DNA of 56,692 bases, filler included, from Diploschistes diacapsis (GCA_023645945.1; 5 parts of 5 records of this genome joined end to end with filler, not necessarily neighbours in it), one strand, 5' to 3'; numbered from the whole stretch's first letter, positions 12,665 through 24,725 are shown. The notes: generated from the sequence alone by a model not told the origin. Numbers and translations: made by a program.

Positions 12665-14143
12665 TCATGTATGAAGCGGATCAACGCCCTCGCTCATGGC
12701 AACGCTAACGTTGTGGTGATGGCCGCCGCCGCTGCCGCCCATGTTGGGCTGCTTGTAATCCATGGCCCTCATGCGATCCTGGACGGGGCCGAGAAGCCTC
12801 TTGAATCCCTCGCTGCCCAGCGTTGCCACCTTCACTTCGCTCGTAGCAATCACCGTCGCAGCGCGGGGCTTGTCGTCGAGCAGGGCGAGCTCGCCAAAGT
12901 AGTCTCCCTTGTGGTAGGTCTTTAGCACCTCGCTGCCAGTCACGTGCTTGTACACGGATGCCGTCCCGGACTCGAGGATGTAGAACGACTCGCCCTTGTC
13001 GCCCTCCCTGATGATCTGGTTGCCGGGCTCGAACCTCTGCGTTTCGAGGGCGTCGGCGATCTTGGCGCGCTCGTAGGGCGTGAGGGAGGAGAGGAGCGGC
13101 ACCTCCTCAAGGAAGGACTCGTACATGCGGCGCCTCTGGAAGGCAGAGTCCATGAGAATGCGGCGGAAGGTCACGCGGTCCAGGGCCCAGAGCAGTGAGT
13201 TTGGTTCGGTGCTGATGATTGTTGCGGCGCGAGGGGCATTGTACATCAGGGCGAGTTCGCCGAACGAGCCACCCGGGCCGACGGCAGCGACTCTGGCGCC
13301 CATGCCGTCCGCACCGGCTTGGATGGTACCGGAAGAGTGGATGTAGACCTCGAAGCTCCCCCTTTCCACCACGTAGAAATTGTCTCCTGCGTCACCCTGC
13401 GAGATGACCTTTATGCCCCTTGCTGGAATGGGCTTTTCGAAGAGAGCAGCAATGACCTGGTTCATCTGCTCCTCGTGGAGGTGAGAGAAGAGGAAGTTGT
13501 TCCTGACCGCTGCCCTGATGCGGGCTACCTGGTCCTCGGTCTTGGGGTGCGAGGGGGGTTTCCAGTCGTCCGAGTCGGAAGCAGTGGGATTCATAGACTC
13601 GGCCGAGACGGAGGTGCGACGGCCAAGAGCATAATTTTGAGGCAAGCCTTCGTCCACTGTACCGGGGAACGAGGACTGAGCTTGGGCGGCCGGGTCGAAA
13701 GATGAAGCACCAAACGGCGAGGCTCCGAACGAAGCTCCTGTGCCGAAGCTCGAGGTGTTGAAGTTTGTCGCAGCTGGAGAGGCAACTGCGTCCATCTCGT
13801 CCTCCTCGTTCACTTGTTGCATCGCTGGATTCTGACTGGCTCCTCCAAAGGGATTATTGCCCGGGAAGGAAGTCTGTGCCATCTTTGGGGGGATCTTAGA
13901 GGTCGGAGAGGTTGGAGGTGCAGGAGAATTTTTGAGAGAATGGCCCAGGAAGCGGGCTCTGTCTTCCTCGAGACGTTTGTTGAAATGGTTTGCGCAGAAT
14001 TGAAGGACGTCCTTTGGCCTGTGTTCGCGGAGTGCGTGGGACAGAGTGTCGGCCTCGTGCTGGTAGTGAGGATGGGATGGTTTGTTTGTCTTTGGGATGT
14101 TGTGGACGGAGCGGATTTGGGGAGTTTTGCCGGCGGGGGACAT
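12665..14143 (-). CDS. pkaR: cAMP-dependent protein kinase regulatory subunit (exact 5' end uncertain)
   Basis: It has a D/D-like segment RPKDVLQFCANHFNKRLE, the inhibitor site RRTSVSAE, and two cNMP-binding cassettes (SFGELALMYNAPRAAT and YFGELALLDDKPRAAT). Confidence 0.95.
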   Translation of the reverse strand: MSPAGKTPQIRSVHNIPKTNKPSHPHYQHEADTLSHALREHRPKDVLQFCANHFNKRLEEDRARFLGHSLKNSPAPPTSPTSKIPPKMAQTSFPGNNPFGGASQNPAMQQVNEEDEMDAVASPAATNFNTSSFGTGASFGASPFGASSFDPAAQAQSSFPGTVDEGLPQNYALGRRTSVSAESMNPTASDSDDWKPPSHPKTEDQVARIRAAVRNNFLFSHLHEEQMNQVIAALFEKPIPARGIKVISQGDAGDNFYVVERGSFEVYIHSSGTIQAGADGMGARVAAVGPGGSFGELALMYNAPRAATIISTEPNSLLWALDRVTFRRILMDSAFQRRRMYESFLEEVPLLSSLTPYERAKIADALETQRFEPGNQIIREGDKGESFYILESGTASVYKHVTGSEVLKTYHKGDYFGELALLDDKPRAATVIATSEVKVATLGSEGFKRLLGPVQDRMRAMDYKQPNMGGSGGGHHHNVSVAMSEGVDPLHT

Positions 14144-14285
14144 GATTATGAATTATTCACATAAGCTTTCTGGCTTTCTTTTGCCTGCCTGCAATGCAAT
14201 GCAAGGGATCGGCACTAAAGAGCAAACCTTAAATCTTTGGCTTTTTGAAAGAGAGGGGGAATAAACATCAAGGAGGGCAATCGAC

Positions 14286-14307
14286 AAGCAAGCAAGCAAG
14301 CAAGCAA
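14286..14307. repeat. (GCAA)n microsatellite
   Basis: About 5 tandem AAGC units upstream of pkaR. Confidence 0.7.
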
Positions 14308-14650
14308 TCAACCCATCAGTCTATTCGAAGTGGTTCCGGTGCTATATGCACAGCACACATAAGTCGAGGGAAAAGCTTGATGCTACACAGGACACGGGGA
14401 ATGGGAACGAGGGACGGGCGTCTACTTGTGAAGAGATGGAGGCGATGGTGAAGGAGGAGGAAGGAGCAGCTGGAGCTCAAGTTTAGTGGAATTGAACAGG
14501 AAATCGCGGCCTGATCAATATATCGATATATCATATACTTCTCATGTACTCCTCATGTACTCCTCCATCTGCGTACTAGATACCTGTATCTTGCACGGGG
14601 CAACAGTGGGCTCATGTGCTCCTGGCCAGTTGGATTTGAACCCAAGCTTG

Positions 14651-14698
14651 TTCTTCGCTTCTTCTTCTCCTTCCTCCTCTTCTTCTTCTTCTTCTTCT
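14651..14698. repeat. Imperfect (TTC/TCC)n microsatellite
   Basis: Pyrimidine trinucleotide run ttcttc...tcctcctcttcttcttcttcttcttc. Confidence 0.8.
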
Positions 14699-15213
14699 AA
14701 GAACCTTCGATCATCCTTCCAGACCTTCTAGAAGATTGCACTTTTTTCAATTGAGCATATTCCTTTTTTGTTAATATCTCTTACTTTCTCTTACTTTCAT
14801 GCCAATGTGAAATATGGCGTGAAGCTGCTCTCTGGTCACCGTTTCGCTCGCCCTGCACAATGACCTCGCCCCCCATTTTATAGGGAGCAGTAATCGTGGA
14901 GGTCCAGCCGATAGCTCCATAGGCTTTAAAACCATAGCCACAGAGACAAGAAAAAAGAAAAGTGTGTTGAAATCAGCCGCAGCCATGCTCACCCGGTAAC
15001 AGGTTACGGGTCGGGGTCGCTCTACTCTACGTGTCTAGCTTCAGGATATCTCATCGCCCAATTGGCACCATGGTGTCAGGTACAGTGCTGCTGGCGGCAT
15101 GCTCAACCGCTTTCCTCTCTTTGTCTCGAATTTTGTCAGTAGACGATAGTGAAGAGCTGGCTACGACATGCCCTTGATGACGATGCTGTTTCAAGCAGTA
15201 CCGTCCAAACTAG

Positions 15214-18009
15214 CTACAAGACCATTTGCCATGTCACCCTCCTACTCTGCATAGCCTGCAATACACTTAGCGGCAGCAACGATTTATCCACCATGGCGAG
15301 GCCTCCAAACTTCTCGAACAACTCGTTCGCATGATACTGTATCGTCCACCTCATCTCAGCACTCATTTCTCCAAGCTCCATTTCTTCTCCCATGTCGGGC
15401 GAAGCACGGAGACGCATGAGTGCCTGCTCGACCGTGTTCGAGACGTTGGGCTCGCGCTTACTCGGCGGCGCCATGAAAGAGGTGTAAATCTCTTCCAGCA
15501 AGGCGCTTGAACTCTCACGCCACTTGGTGTACTCTGCGAAGCTGGGGAACTTCTGAGCATCCTCCCACGATAGCTCTGTTCCAGAGGATACGACGTAATT
15601 ATCCTTCTTGAAGCAATCGCGATACGTTTTACTGCGCTGATGCTCGGACCTAGTGTCAAAGAGCTTCTTTGCCTCATCATAGCCTAACTTTTCTTCCAGA
15701 TGGAACTTTTTCATGTACTCGTCTGGATCTATGCTTATGCTCTCGCGGACAAGGAAAAGCGAAGTAAAAGGGTTCTGCAGGTTCAGTCCGCCAAAACTTT
15801 CCGATAGGTACAGAAACGCATCGGGTACGTCAGTGACTCCGAAACGACGAGATATGAGCCCCTTCAAGTGATTTGTGACTGTTGCAGCAACGCCTTCGTT
15901 GTGGGATTTGAAGAGAAACTCTTGCATTTCCTTGTGAGTCGCTAGGACTTGGTCTAAGTGGTACCGCCCGAAACAGAGCGCTGGACTGTCTCCACATCAG
16001 TTATCTGCGCAAGTCTTTTTTTGGTCCGAAACCACTTACTCTCCGAAGGTATAACTAAAGAACCTCCCGATGCAGCTATTCCAGGTCTTGATCCACTCCA
16101 GAACGCTCTTGGTGCCCGCAAGTTGCTTCTGGAGCTGTTCCACATGCTGCTGGACATGTTCCTTGTTGATGATCCAACGACCAGAGTCTGGGTCAAGAAT
16201 GAGGAAGTTCATCACGACCTGGCCTTCGGGTAGTGCTTTCACGATGCTAGCATCCTTCTTGATCCCTTTCTCTACTAAATAAACCGAGCCTGTCTTGTGC
16301 TCGTTGAATTCCAGCCCCATGATTTCGGCGAACTCTTTCATAGTTCGCCAAGCTTTTGCACAGTTCTGTGGCTCCCCAACCAGCCACAGGTCATCGTGAA
16401 ATCGGTAGAGGAGCATGGAAGCCTCCTGATTGACAGCAACGTCCATCATGAAGAGAACGAGCTCTCCAAAGAGTTTTTCGAATATGTGGGCCATTGGCAG
16501 CCCACGCTTTCTCGTTCTTACTGGCTTATCGTTGAGCATATCAAGAGGGGGCTCCAGGACTTTTTTGAGAAAACGTATCCATTCTTCCTGGAAGCCCATG
16601 AAGCGGAGAACAGCAAATACGGTACTGTGTGCAAGTCCCGTCGCAAACCACTGAAAATCGCTTTGGACCACAGCCACTGCACCGTCGAGTGATCTTCGCA
16701 GTACCACTTCGGTTGCTAGGGTTCGCAGAAGCAGCTGCTTTATCTCCTTCGGAGATTTCCTCTTCGAGTCCGTCTCGTATCCGGTCTCATCGTCATCGTC
16801 GTACCCACCGGCCTCGAAGATTCTTGAGGGCAGAGGTGCCATGAAGAAGTGTTCCCAATAGGTTGTCAGACGCTCTGAATCCACAGAGCGATTCGGATAA
16901 TCTCCTTTGAGCGGCATGCCATAATATTTTCGTTTCTGGACTTCTTCATATGGCATGTTTGTTGCATGTTTCCATATTCCGGTGTATCCCTCTATGTTTC
17001 GGAGCGTGCCCTTGAGCTGGACGGCCCACATTATTCCTATCCACTGTGTGAAGATCGCCTCCAGCACGTCTTCATCCATCATGACCCGCCACTTCCCATT
17101 GAGGCTCTGGCGCCTGCATCTGGAGTTAACCTCGTGACCAACACTTTGGTAGAATACGACTTACGGTACCACGGGCATGCCTGCCGTCCCAATATTCCAT
17201 GACCAGTTTTGGAGATCTCTGTACCTCATATTCAGGACATCCCTGATCTCCGTCAATACAGCTTCGTCGCGCAAGAACTCCTGCAAGCTGGCCTTCTTCT
17301 CGTCATTTAACAATTGGTTCTTGAGAAGGGCTTTGATAGACCACTTTAGGGACCGATCGTCCAGAAGGCGTTTCTCGGAGAGCATGCGCTCGCCCGTCTT
17401 ACTGACATCGTCACGAAGTTTCTCCAGAACTTTCTTGCCACTATCGCCTACAAAAAGAGAATCGAGGTAGTGATCGATGCCAGATTCATCCGTCTCCAGT
17501 GGTTCGAAAACAACACGCTCGAACTTGTCCCGGAGCTGCTGTAGTCTTTCCTTCTGCCTCGTCTGGACCATCTCGAAAGGGTCATCCAAGGAAGTACTCT
17601 CTAGCATTGCGGCTTCCGTTTCTTCAGTATTCGGCGAGTCAATCCATTCGGTCAGAAGGCGGGAATAAAGATCAGCGAGACCCAACTTCTTTGATTCCAT
17701 ATCAAGTCTCGACTTCAGAACTGCTTCGAACTGCGAGAGGGCCGCGTCACCAATGGATGGGTCGTACTCCGCCTGGTCAATCCAGCCGCGCATGTTACGC
17801 AACTCATCGGGGGACCAGACGTCAAGTTTCGTGACTCTGTCGTGCAAACGGGAGACTCGTTTCCGGACATCCTTGGCCTCCCCCTGGGCCTCGTCCAAGG
17901 CTTCACTCTTGCTTTTCTCGTATGCATGACGCTGCTTCTCGAGCTCTTTGATCTTTGTGACGGTGATGGACTGCAGAGTGCGAGAGAGAATCGATGCAGA
18001 GGAAGCCAT
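15214..18009 (-). CDS. rvt: Cellular (non-mobile) reverse transcriptase-related protein, rvt class (exons 18009-17165, 17113-16040, 15985-15214; 896 aa)
   Basis: Two canonical GTAAGT..CAG introns (17114-17164, 15986-16039) join three ORF-track pieces into one 2691-nt frame. It has a coiled-coil-like N-terminus, PRQSLNGKWRVMMDED, an acidic loop YDDDDETGYETD, QSDFQWFATGL, RGLPMAHIFEKLFGELVLFMMD, catalytic LLYRFHDDLWL and MGLEFNEHKTGS. No gag, protease, RNase H, integrase or endonuclease is visible. Confidence 0.9.
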
Positions 18010-18217
18010 TGTGAAGCTCTAAAAAGTCAAATTTACCAGGTACTAGAGACTTTGGTATGAAGGATGAACTCTCACTGCATTCATTGTACCTAGCCGTTTC
18101 CTCTAGCGGCATAGAGCACGCGGTAAAGCCGCAGCGGGAACGAGGCCAAGGTAAGGGCGCCTGCTAAGGTCCTTTGCTAACCACTTCGAGTTGATCCATT
18201 GGCCTCCTGCAGTCTTA

Positions 18218-18507
18218 GCCCTGCAGTCAATATTCAGTTATTCGAATATGAATATTAACAGATTATTTGCAGTGGCATAGCTGGCGCTGCTGGTTGCCGA
18301 TGTCGCTGATGACATGGCTGCAGCAGCATCTAGGACGATGCTGCCCACAATGGCTATATAGTGCTCGCTGGCCCACCTTGCTAGCCATCATCATCCAATT
18401 CAATCTACACACACTTCATTCTCCTACAACAACCTTTAAGCTATTCCTATTCGAATATAGATAATGATATTTCTATTCGAATAATTGAATGGTTTCGACT
18501 ATAGGGC
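18218..18507. mobile_element. MITE-like non-autonomous element with imperfect ~40-bp terminal inverted repeats
   Basis: The left end GCCCTGCAGTCAATATTCAGTTATTCGAATATGAATATTA aligns with the reverse complement of the right end, GCCCTATAGTCGAAACCATTCAATTATTCGAATAGAAATATCA. There is a third TATTCGAATA copy at ~18448, and CTGCAG lies outside both ends (possible decayed TSD). Confidence 0.55.
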
Positions 18508-20489
18508 CTGCAGAGGTAGCCAATAGGCCAAAGAAAGCGCTGATTAGTGATTAATGCGGTCGGCACACGATCATCTTGTGATCTCGCATATATATATATA
18601 TCAGTATTGTTGGTCTTTTGGCCAAGTGAATTTTCCATGGACTCCATCCCAATTATTGATTTTCACTGGAGCTTTTGTTGGTGTTGGACCAGGCTTTGGC
18701 TTAATCGATTAACGATCGGATTTAATCCATGATCAATCGGGGCGAATAATCTATCTATCAAAGATTCCGTAAATAGACTAGTGGGGGATTTTTTTGGATT
18801 TTTTTTTAAGAATAATGAATAAATAAAGATTTACTCGCCGGTTATAACGCTCTCGTTGATCACGATCAAGCAGATACCGACCTAACTGTCCAAGTCCCTC
18901 TTTCCTATTCCTCAGCTCACTCAAGTTGTCGACAAGACGAATTGACGAAATCTCTGTGCAAATTCCAGTATCTCAAGGGCCAAAACCTTTGGAAGGGTAC
19001 AGTATATTGTCTCACATCCAAGCTAACGAAGAGCTCTACCTGATGATTACCTGAGAGTCTGACTGATTGAATTCTTCCAATTGCTCTACTCTGATATACT
19101 GGTCTTCCCTCCCTTGCACGGCAAATTTTCAGGGAGCATTAAAGTTGGTCTGCTCCCTGAATATGCTGTCGAGGTGTAGCCTCTGAGGCTGCCGGCGCCG
19201 TTCCCCTTGCCACTATCTGCGCGATAGCCCAAGGGAGATGTTTGTCTCAACACAAAGAGGCAGGACGTGAGCCTCGATGGAATCAAGATATTCGGCGAGC
19301 ACGCTGTCAACGGTGCGAGTGAAGAGCCTATGAGCGGCATGTCTGCGTTATACGCGCAGCTAGCCCGCCGGCCAGGAACGTTACAACATGTATTTACATG
19401 GAAATACTCGGAAATGCGTCAAGCTGACTGGTAGTACCCAGATGGGTGCCAACTAACCACACAAACCGCAATGCGGCTGTAACCATGTTCAGCGATAAAA
19501 TACAAAAAGGTTGAGCCGCAGGCTTTTCTTCGCCGTTGAGCCGCGAGCCAGACTCGCAAACGAACTGCATCATGGCGGGCTCCGTCAATCGCTCGAACAT
19601 CTTGGTTACTTGGGAGGAAAGTGCGAAGCCTTCCGTCATCAGCAACGCTGTGGGCTACGGGGGGACCATTTACTGAATCGTATCTCCAAACGAGTTGGCA
19701 GTACCGATAATGACACCGTGATTGGGGGAGCACCCTCGTGTATTGGAACGTCTACGTGGACGGGGCATGTCATAGGCGTGCGGCATGCCTGAGGGCTGAT
19801 AAGTGCTGGCCGTACGCCAACATGCATGAGTCTTGCGTGCATGGACCTGTCAATGGTAATGAAGCGAACGCTGCCGACCGGGGGCCGCTGCCGAATGTGG
19901 GAATTGAGCACTTTGTGGTCTAATTAATACATTCCCGGCGTCCAAACTGCGATGGCAGAGGTTTATAAATCACGATGCGTGGCAGACGGATGGCTGCTAG
20001 CAGTGAAAGCAATAGCACTACTTCTATAATTCCCCATTTTCAATCGGTTTACGCTCAGAAGCCAGACTCTCGCGCCCAAACTTCTCCCCACGGTCTTGGG
20101 TGCGTTTTGCTATGGACTGCAGTTCGCCCACTATCAGCTGAACCCTGATTCACTGCATCAGGATATCTCCTTCTACAACAGAATCATATTGGTTTTCCGG
20201 CTTGACAGATGCACAGGGGCTCTGTGATTTCGCGTATATACATCAGTTTAGTTCAATACTGGCACAATGCAGTATTGTTGGTCTTTTATAGCACGGCTCA
20301 AAAGAAGATTCTACATGTGAAAGAGCCCAGTCCAGTGATTACCCGATCCAAAGCTCCCATAAAACTTCCGTGGAGGAACGGGCTGGTACTCGTAGGAACC
20401 AATCAGTGGGTGCTGACAAGAGCCCATCAAGAAAGCCAGCAAGCGGATGTGCAAAACGCTGGCCAGAGCACTGGTGAGGTGCCTGCGCT

Positions 20490-22125
20490 AACTGATAGTT
20501 ATCTATCTTTTGTCGACGACGATTGCGACGAGAACGACGCAAATCCCAAAGGTCCTCGCGGTCCCGACAACTATCTCATGGTGCCCAAAATGCTGCCCCT
20601 GGAGGCAGAAGCCGCTGTTGAGGCGTGCATTTTTGCATGGCTGTGACTCCTCTAGACGGCACTCCAGGCAGATTACATACAATCGGAAATGCTATTTGGA
20701 GGCGCGAAAGCCATGAGTGGCTCAAGAAATATGCCAAGAGTCTTTCATCTCGAAAATACCATTGGACCGATACGCCAGAGAACGACAATGTAACCGGTGA
20801 TAAGACTGCTGGGAACAAAACGATAGTCAACTTTGCCGCCGTAGCTAGTGAAAAGGAGAAGCGAGCGGTCGAAGAACTCGACAAGAACTTAGCAAGAAAA
20901 AAAAGAGGACGAAGCAGGTGTTAAGAAGATGTTTGAGGAATAAAGCGGCGTGAGAGGGCTAGGAAAGCTAGCAACTGGATATGCATGTGTCGACCCTACT
21001 GGGACCGCGAGGACGACGGAGACGAATTGGAGTCGGAAGAAGATGAGCCGAATTCTGAAAAAGGCTTGTGTGGCCAGTTCGATCAATTGAAGGATGGATG
21101 TAGCAAAGACGGACGCATAGACGGCTTTCCTGCGGATGAGCACCCGGATCATGAATGGATATGCACGAAGCGAGGGTATCAATGGTACGAGTACTGGTTG
21201 TGTGAACAGTCGAAGAGAAACCAAAACTTGTTCGACATGCATATATATACCGACTGGACTGGTTACGGGACCTGTGAGATAGTCTAGAATCAGGTAGGTC
21301 AAGCATCCGAAGTCCTTCAACAAGGCTAACAGAGAGCAGCTGCAATGTTTCAAGACAGAATTTGCGAAGAGTAAGCCTGACGTGTTAACGTTACGGTCTC
21401 AGTTTGAGGCCATGGCAATCTTCTTGCACCACGATTGGATGGAATTGGGCACTATGCACAAATGTCTGAGTTTCTTTCCTTTTTGTGCTTACCAGTATAG
21501 TGATCGATGATTCTGACGGTCTTATGGCGCTCATTCGAATCCAGGGTAGGGCAGTCGTTAGCTTCATCCGCTTCCTTATTGATCAAGATCTTTTCGTCAA
21601 GCATTCCACAATTCGCAACTTGGGCCTCGTGCTTGCATGCTGGATCCGCTATAACCGTCAACAGGTTAACCCCGGCCTAGAGCACGTTGACTGGTGGAGT
21701 AAAGAGAATTTGAGGTTGGCAGACAAACACGGCGTGCCGATCCATGGCCCAGCCGTCACCCAAAAGTTTTTGAAAAAAAAATCCATGACGAAATTGCTGA
21801 AGACGAGAAGGAATGGGCGGCTGATGATGAAGAGGTGCGGATAGAAGACCCTGAACTTGGGGAAAAGATATATGCAGAAATTCGAAAAAGAGATGATTAC
21901 GGAGGGCTAGATTCTGAAGACCTCACTTTCCAGAAGCGTTGGGGTTGGGCGAAGAAGGTGAGTTTCGAGGATCCCCAATACTACCTACAACGTCAGGCTA
22001 TCTGACGTATGAAGTTCTCCGAGTACGCAGAGCAGCATGGCGGAGGCCGCCGAATCGGCGGCAGCCAGTACAATATTACGAAGATGGACAAGAACAGGAG
22101 GAGAAAATGCAGGCTTGGTGAAGGT
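20490..22125 (+). pseudogene. Disrupted gene of an uncharacterised fungal family (5' boundary approximate)
   Basis: Coding-like fragments include CRPYWD..PADEHPDHEWICT..RNQNLFDMHIYTDWTGYGTCEIV*NQ, IRNLGLVLA and IGGSQYNITKM, separated by plausible introns. There is an in-frame TAG at ~21285, a TAA at 20941, and frameshifts in A-runs (~20897, ~21773). Confidence 0.65.
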
Positions 22126-22644
22126 GGTGGAGGGCTATTTGATTTTCCCTGAAGGTGAGGAGCATCTTTTGGTGAGCCGGTGCAGCCTTAGGTCCATGCA
22201 AGCATGTAAGAAATGGTAGCCTTTTTATATCGGAAGAGTGTACATTTACGCTTAGATGCACTATATCTTCGGTTCCTCGTAGAATGTATATTAGATTTGA
22301 ATGAATCCCAGCATACTTTACACTTTTTCAATTAAACATGCACATAACCTATAGCTGAGAATCCCAAGAAGTCCGAAAGGCTTCAAGCTCTTTGTGAGGC
22401 GGCCTTGATTGCAACCTAGCATAAATTCCTGCCCTTCTGTATCATTCCCAATCACTCATATTGTGAACTAGCAAGTGCTATGCGCACGAATCGAAACAAC
22501 CGCCAGGAGGATAGGTTTTTTTTGTTAATGTTGAAAATACAATCAAATTACGAACACGTACGACAGGTAAAAACTAGATGTATATAAGAGCACACTGGTT
22601 CTCTTGTTTTTCGGCGCCATCGGCGTCTCAATACACGATAGGAG

Positions 22645-22744
22645 NNNNNNNNNNNNNNNNNNNNNNNNNNNNNNNNNNNNNNNNNNNNTTAATTAATTAA
22701 NNNNNNNNNNNNNNNNNNNNNNNNNNNNNNNNNNNNNNNNNNNN
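22645..22744. other. Artificial contig linker
   Basis: Ns + TTAATTAATTAA. Confidence 0.99.
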
Positions 22745-24489
22745 GAGACAGCTTCCAACATCTTGACCTTCGCCTCCTGCACCATTCTCTTTATTAGCTG
22801 TCCCTCGCCCTCCTCCTTCCCCTCTCCATTACCTCCGCCAAGCTGCGCGAAAATCATCATGCCAGCGTGCACGGGCAGGTAGCGCACGTCCCAGCGTCGC
22901 AGGGTGGAGGTCACGAGGCGGTAGTTTGCAGAGAGGCGCGCGCGGTGGGTGTCGATGAGCGATGGGAGTTGGGGGGAGTTGAGGAGGGAGATGGTGTAGA
23001 GGTCGCTTAGCCGGCTGCTTTGCCAGAGGGTGCAGGAGATCACGGCAGCGAGGAGGAGGGGGTTGCGGGGGGAGACAAGGGCAGCCTTTATTTGCGAGAG
23101 GAGGGGGAAATCAGTAACTTTGAGGGTGCTGAGTGGAGAGCAAGGGGAGAGTTATGTATGTGCGAGAGGGAGAGGGGGAAGAAACGGAAAGAAATAAGAC
23201 AAGAGAAGGAGAAAGACAAGACTGTGACGAATAAGATGAGAAGCGAATGTGAGGTGGTTGCTTGAAGACATGAAAAGCTGCTGTTGGCAGCATGAAAGAC
23301 CATAATATCTTGTGCAACGGGAACAGCAACTCACCATCCGCACCCCAGTCGAACCCAGATCCTTGCTCAAGCTCCAGACGACATGCAAGCGGCTCAGGTC
23401 GAACGCGGGATCAGCGTCATTCACATCATTGGCCTCCTTTCCTTCCACCGTTCCCCCCACGGCCTCAAGCGCTGAAACAAACCCCAGCCTCTTGTTCACC
23501 ATACCCCCGCCACGTGTCTCAACCTTACCCTCAGCTCCTTCTCCTTCCTCCCCCTCTAGAATCGAAAGCGCGTACACTTCATCTGAAACCATGTGCAGCC
23601 CCTTCTTCGCACGGAACTGCATTAACCCCCTTAGCGTCTCAGCGTCGTAGCACATGGCGGCCGGGTTCTGCGGGTTGCAGACAAGCAGGGCGCGGATGCG
23701 CGACGGGTCCGGAACGGAGGCGTAAGCGGATTCTAGGGCGGGCAGGATGGCAGGCGTGCAGGCCTCGAGGAAAAATGAGGGGGTTGGCGACCACGAGAGA
23801 GATGCTGGGTATGTGCAAACGAAGAAGGCCTTGGTAGCCCACTGAGGCTCGGGGTTAGATTGGGAGGGGGTTCCATGGCAATAGGGAAACTAAAGAAGAA
23901 GAAAAGGATGATTTGTTTGCTTACGCCAGCAGGGTCCCGCGATCAAGACGGCATCCCCGGGTTCGCAAATGGACTGGACGATGGCGTCGAGCCCATTGCC
24001 GGAGCCGGACATGGTCGTAATGTGTGTCGGCTCGATCTGGAGCGAGGGGCGGAAATAGCGATTGAAGAAGCCCGCGAAGGCGACGAGGAGGGAGGGGTTG
24101 CCGCCTAGATCTGGAGGGAGCGAGAGCACCTAGCAGGCACGATTAGGATCAGCTGGAGACTGGAGAATACATAGGGACTAGAGCCAAGCAAAGAAGAGAA
24201 TCTCTCGTGCTCTTCTTCACTGCCGGCTTTGAGCCTGTCTTGCCTCGGGGTCGAAGCCGCCCGCCAGAGCCTGAGAGAAAAGCTCGATCAGCTCCTTACG
24301 GATGGTCCAGCTCTCGGAGATGGAGAGGTTGATGGTTCCTTCCAGTAGATATTCTTTGGGGTACATGGGTAGTAGCATCGCAAGTTTCTTCTGCATAGAG
24401 GGCGACAGGCCGCCGTGCGAGGCCATAAACTCTATCGAGGGTGATGGTGCTGATGGTGCTGATGGTGCGCCGGTTTGGGGCTCCGTCAT
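22745..24489 (-). CDS. PLP-dependent class I/II aminotransferase-fold enzyme (ACC-synthase/GliI-like); apparent 1-nt frameshift near 23775; 3' end off-contig
   Basis: Motifs are INLSISES, LGGNPSLLVAFAGFFNRYF, ICEPGDAVLIAGPCW, LLVCNPQNP, HMVSDEVYALS and VWSLSKDLGSTGVRM (PLP lysine). A phase-1 donor puts exon 3 in the GYQGLLRLH frame, which shifts to FLEACTPAILP at a C5/T5 run. Confidence 0.8.
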
Positions 24490-24725
24490 GGTGGCGGTAG
24501 AATAGATGGTTGCGAACTAGAAGCTCTTCGATCGCTTCATCTAGCAGGTGGTGCTAAGTAACGGAATGACACAAAATCACAAAGTGAGCGAGACACCTTG
24601 GAAGGTTTATACACGAATGTAGGTGTGTATCATGGGAGGTTACACTGCTACAGGGTGCGAGTAGGCCACACTAAGCCGCGCGAATAAGATGTAATTCTAC
24701 TACACAGTCTCAGTCGAGACATTTT

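Noticed and set aside
14991..15011. Small palindrome ACCCGGTAACAGGTTACGGGT downstream of rvt
   Set aside because: It is too short to assign and could equally be a TF site for pkaR. Nothing links it to the RT.
15214..18009. RT as part of a LINE/LTR retrotransposon or telomerase
   Set aside because: It has spliceosomal introns and an HDD-type active site, and lacks gag, endonuclease, RNase H, integrase, LTR, poly(A) and recognisable TERT motifs.
19738..19923. VYVDGAC resembling RNase H motif 1 near the RT
   Set aside because: The frame is only 61 codons, on the opposite strand, with no further RNase H motifs. It is likely chance or an unidentifiable remnant.
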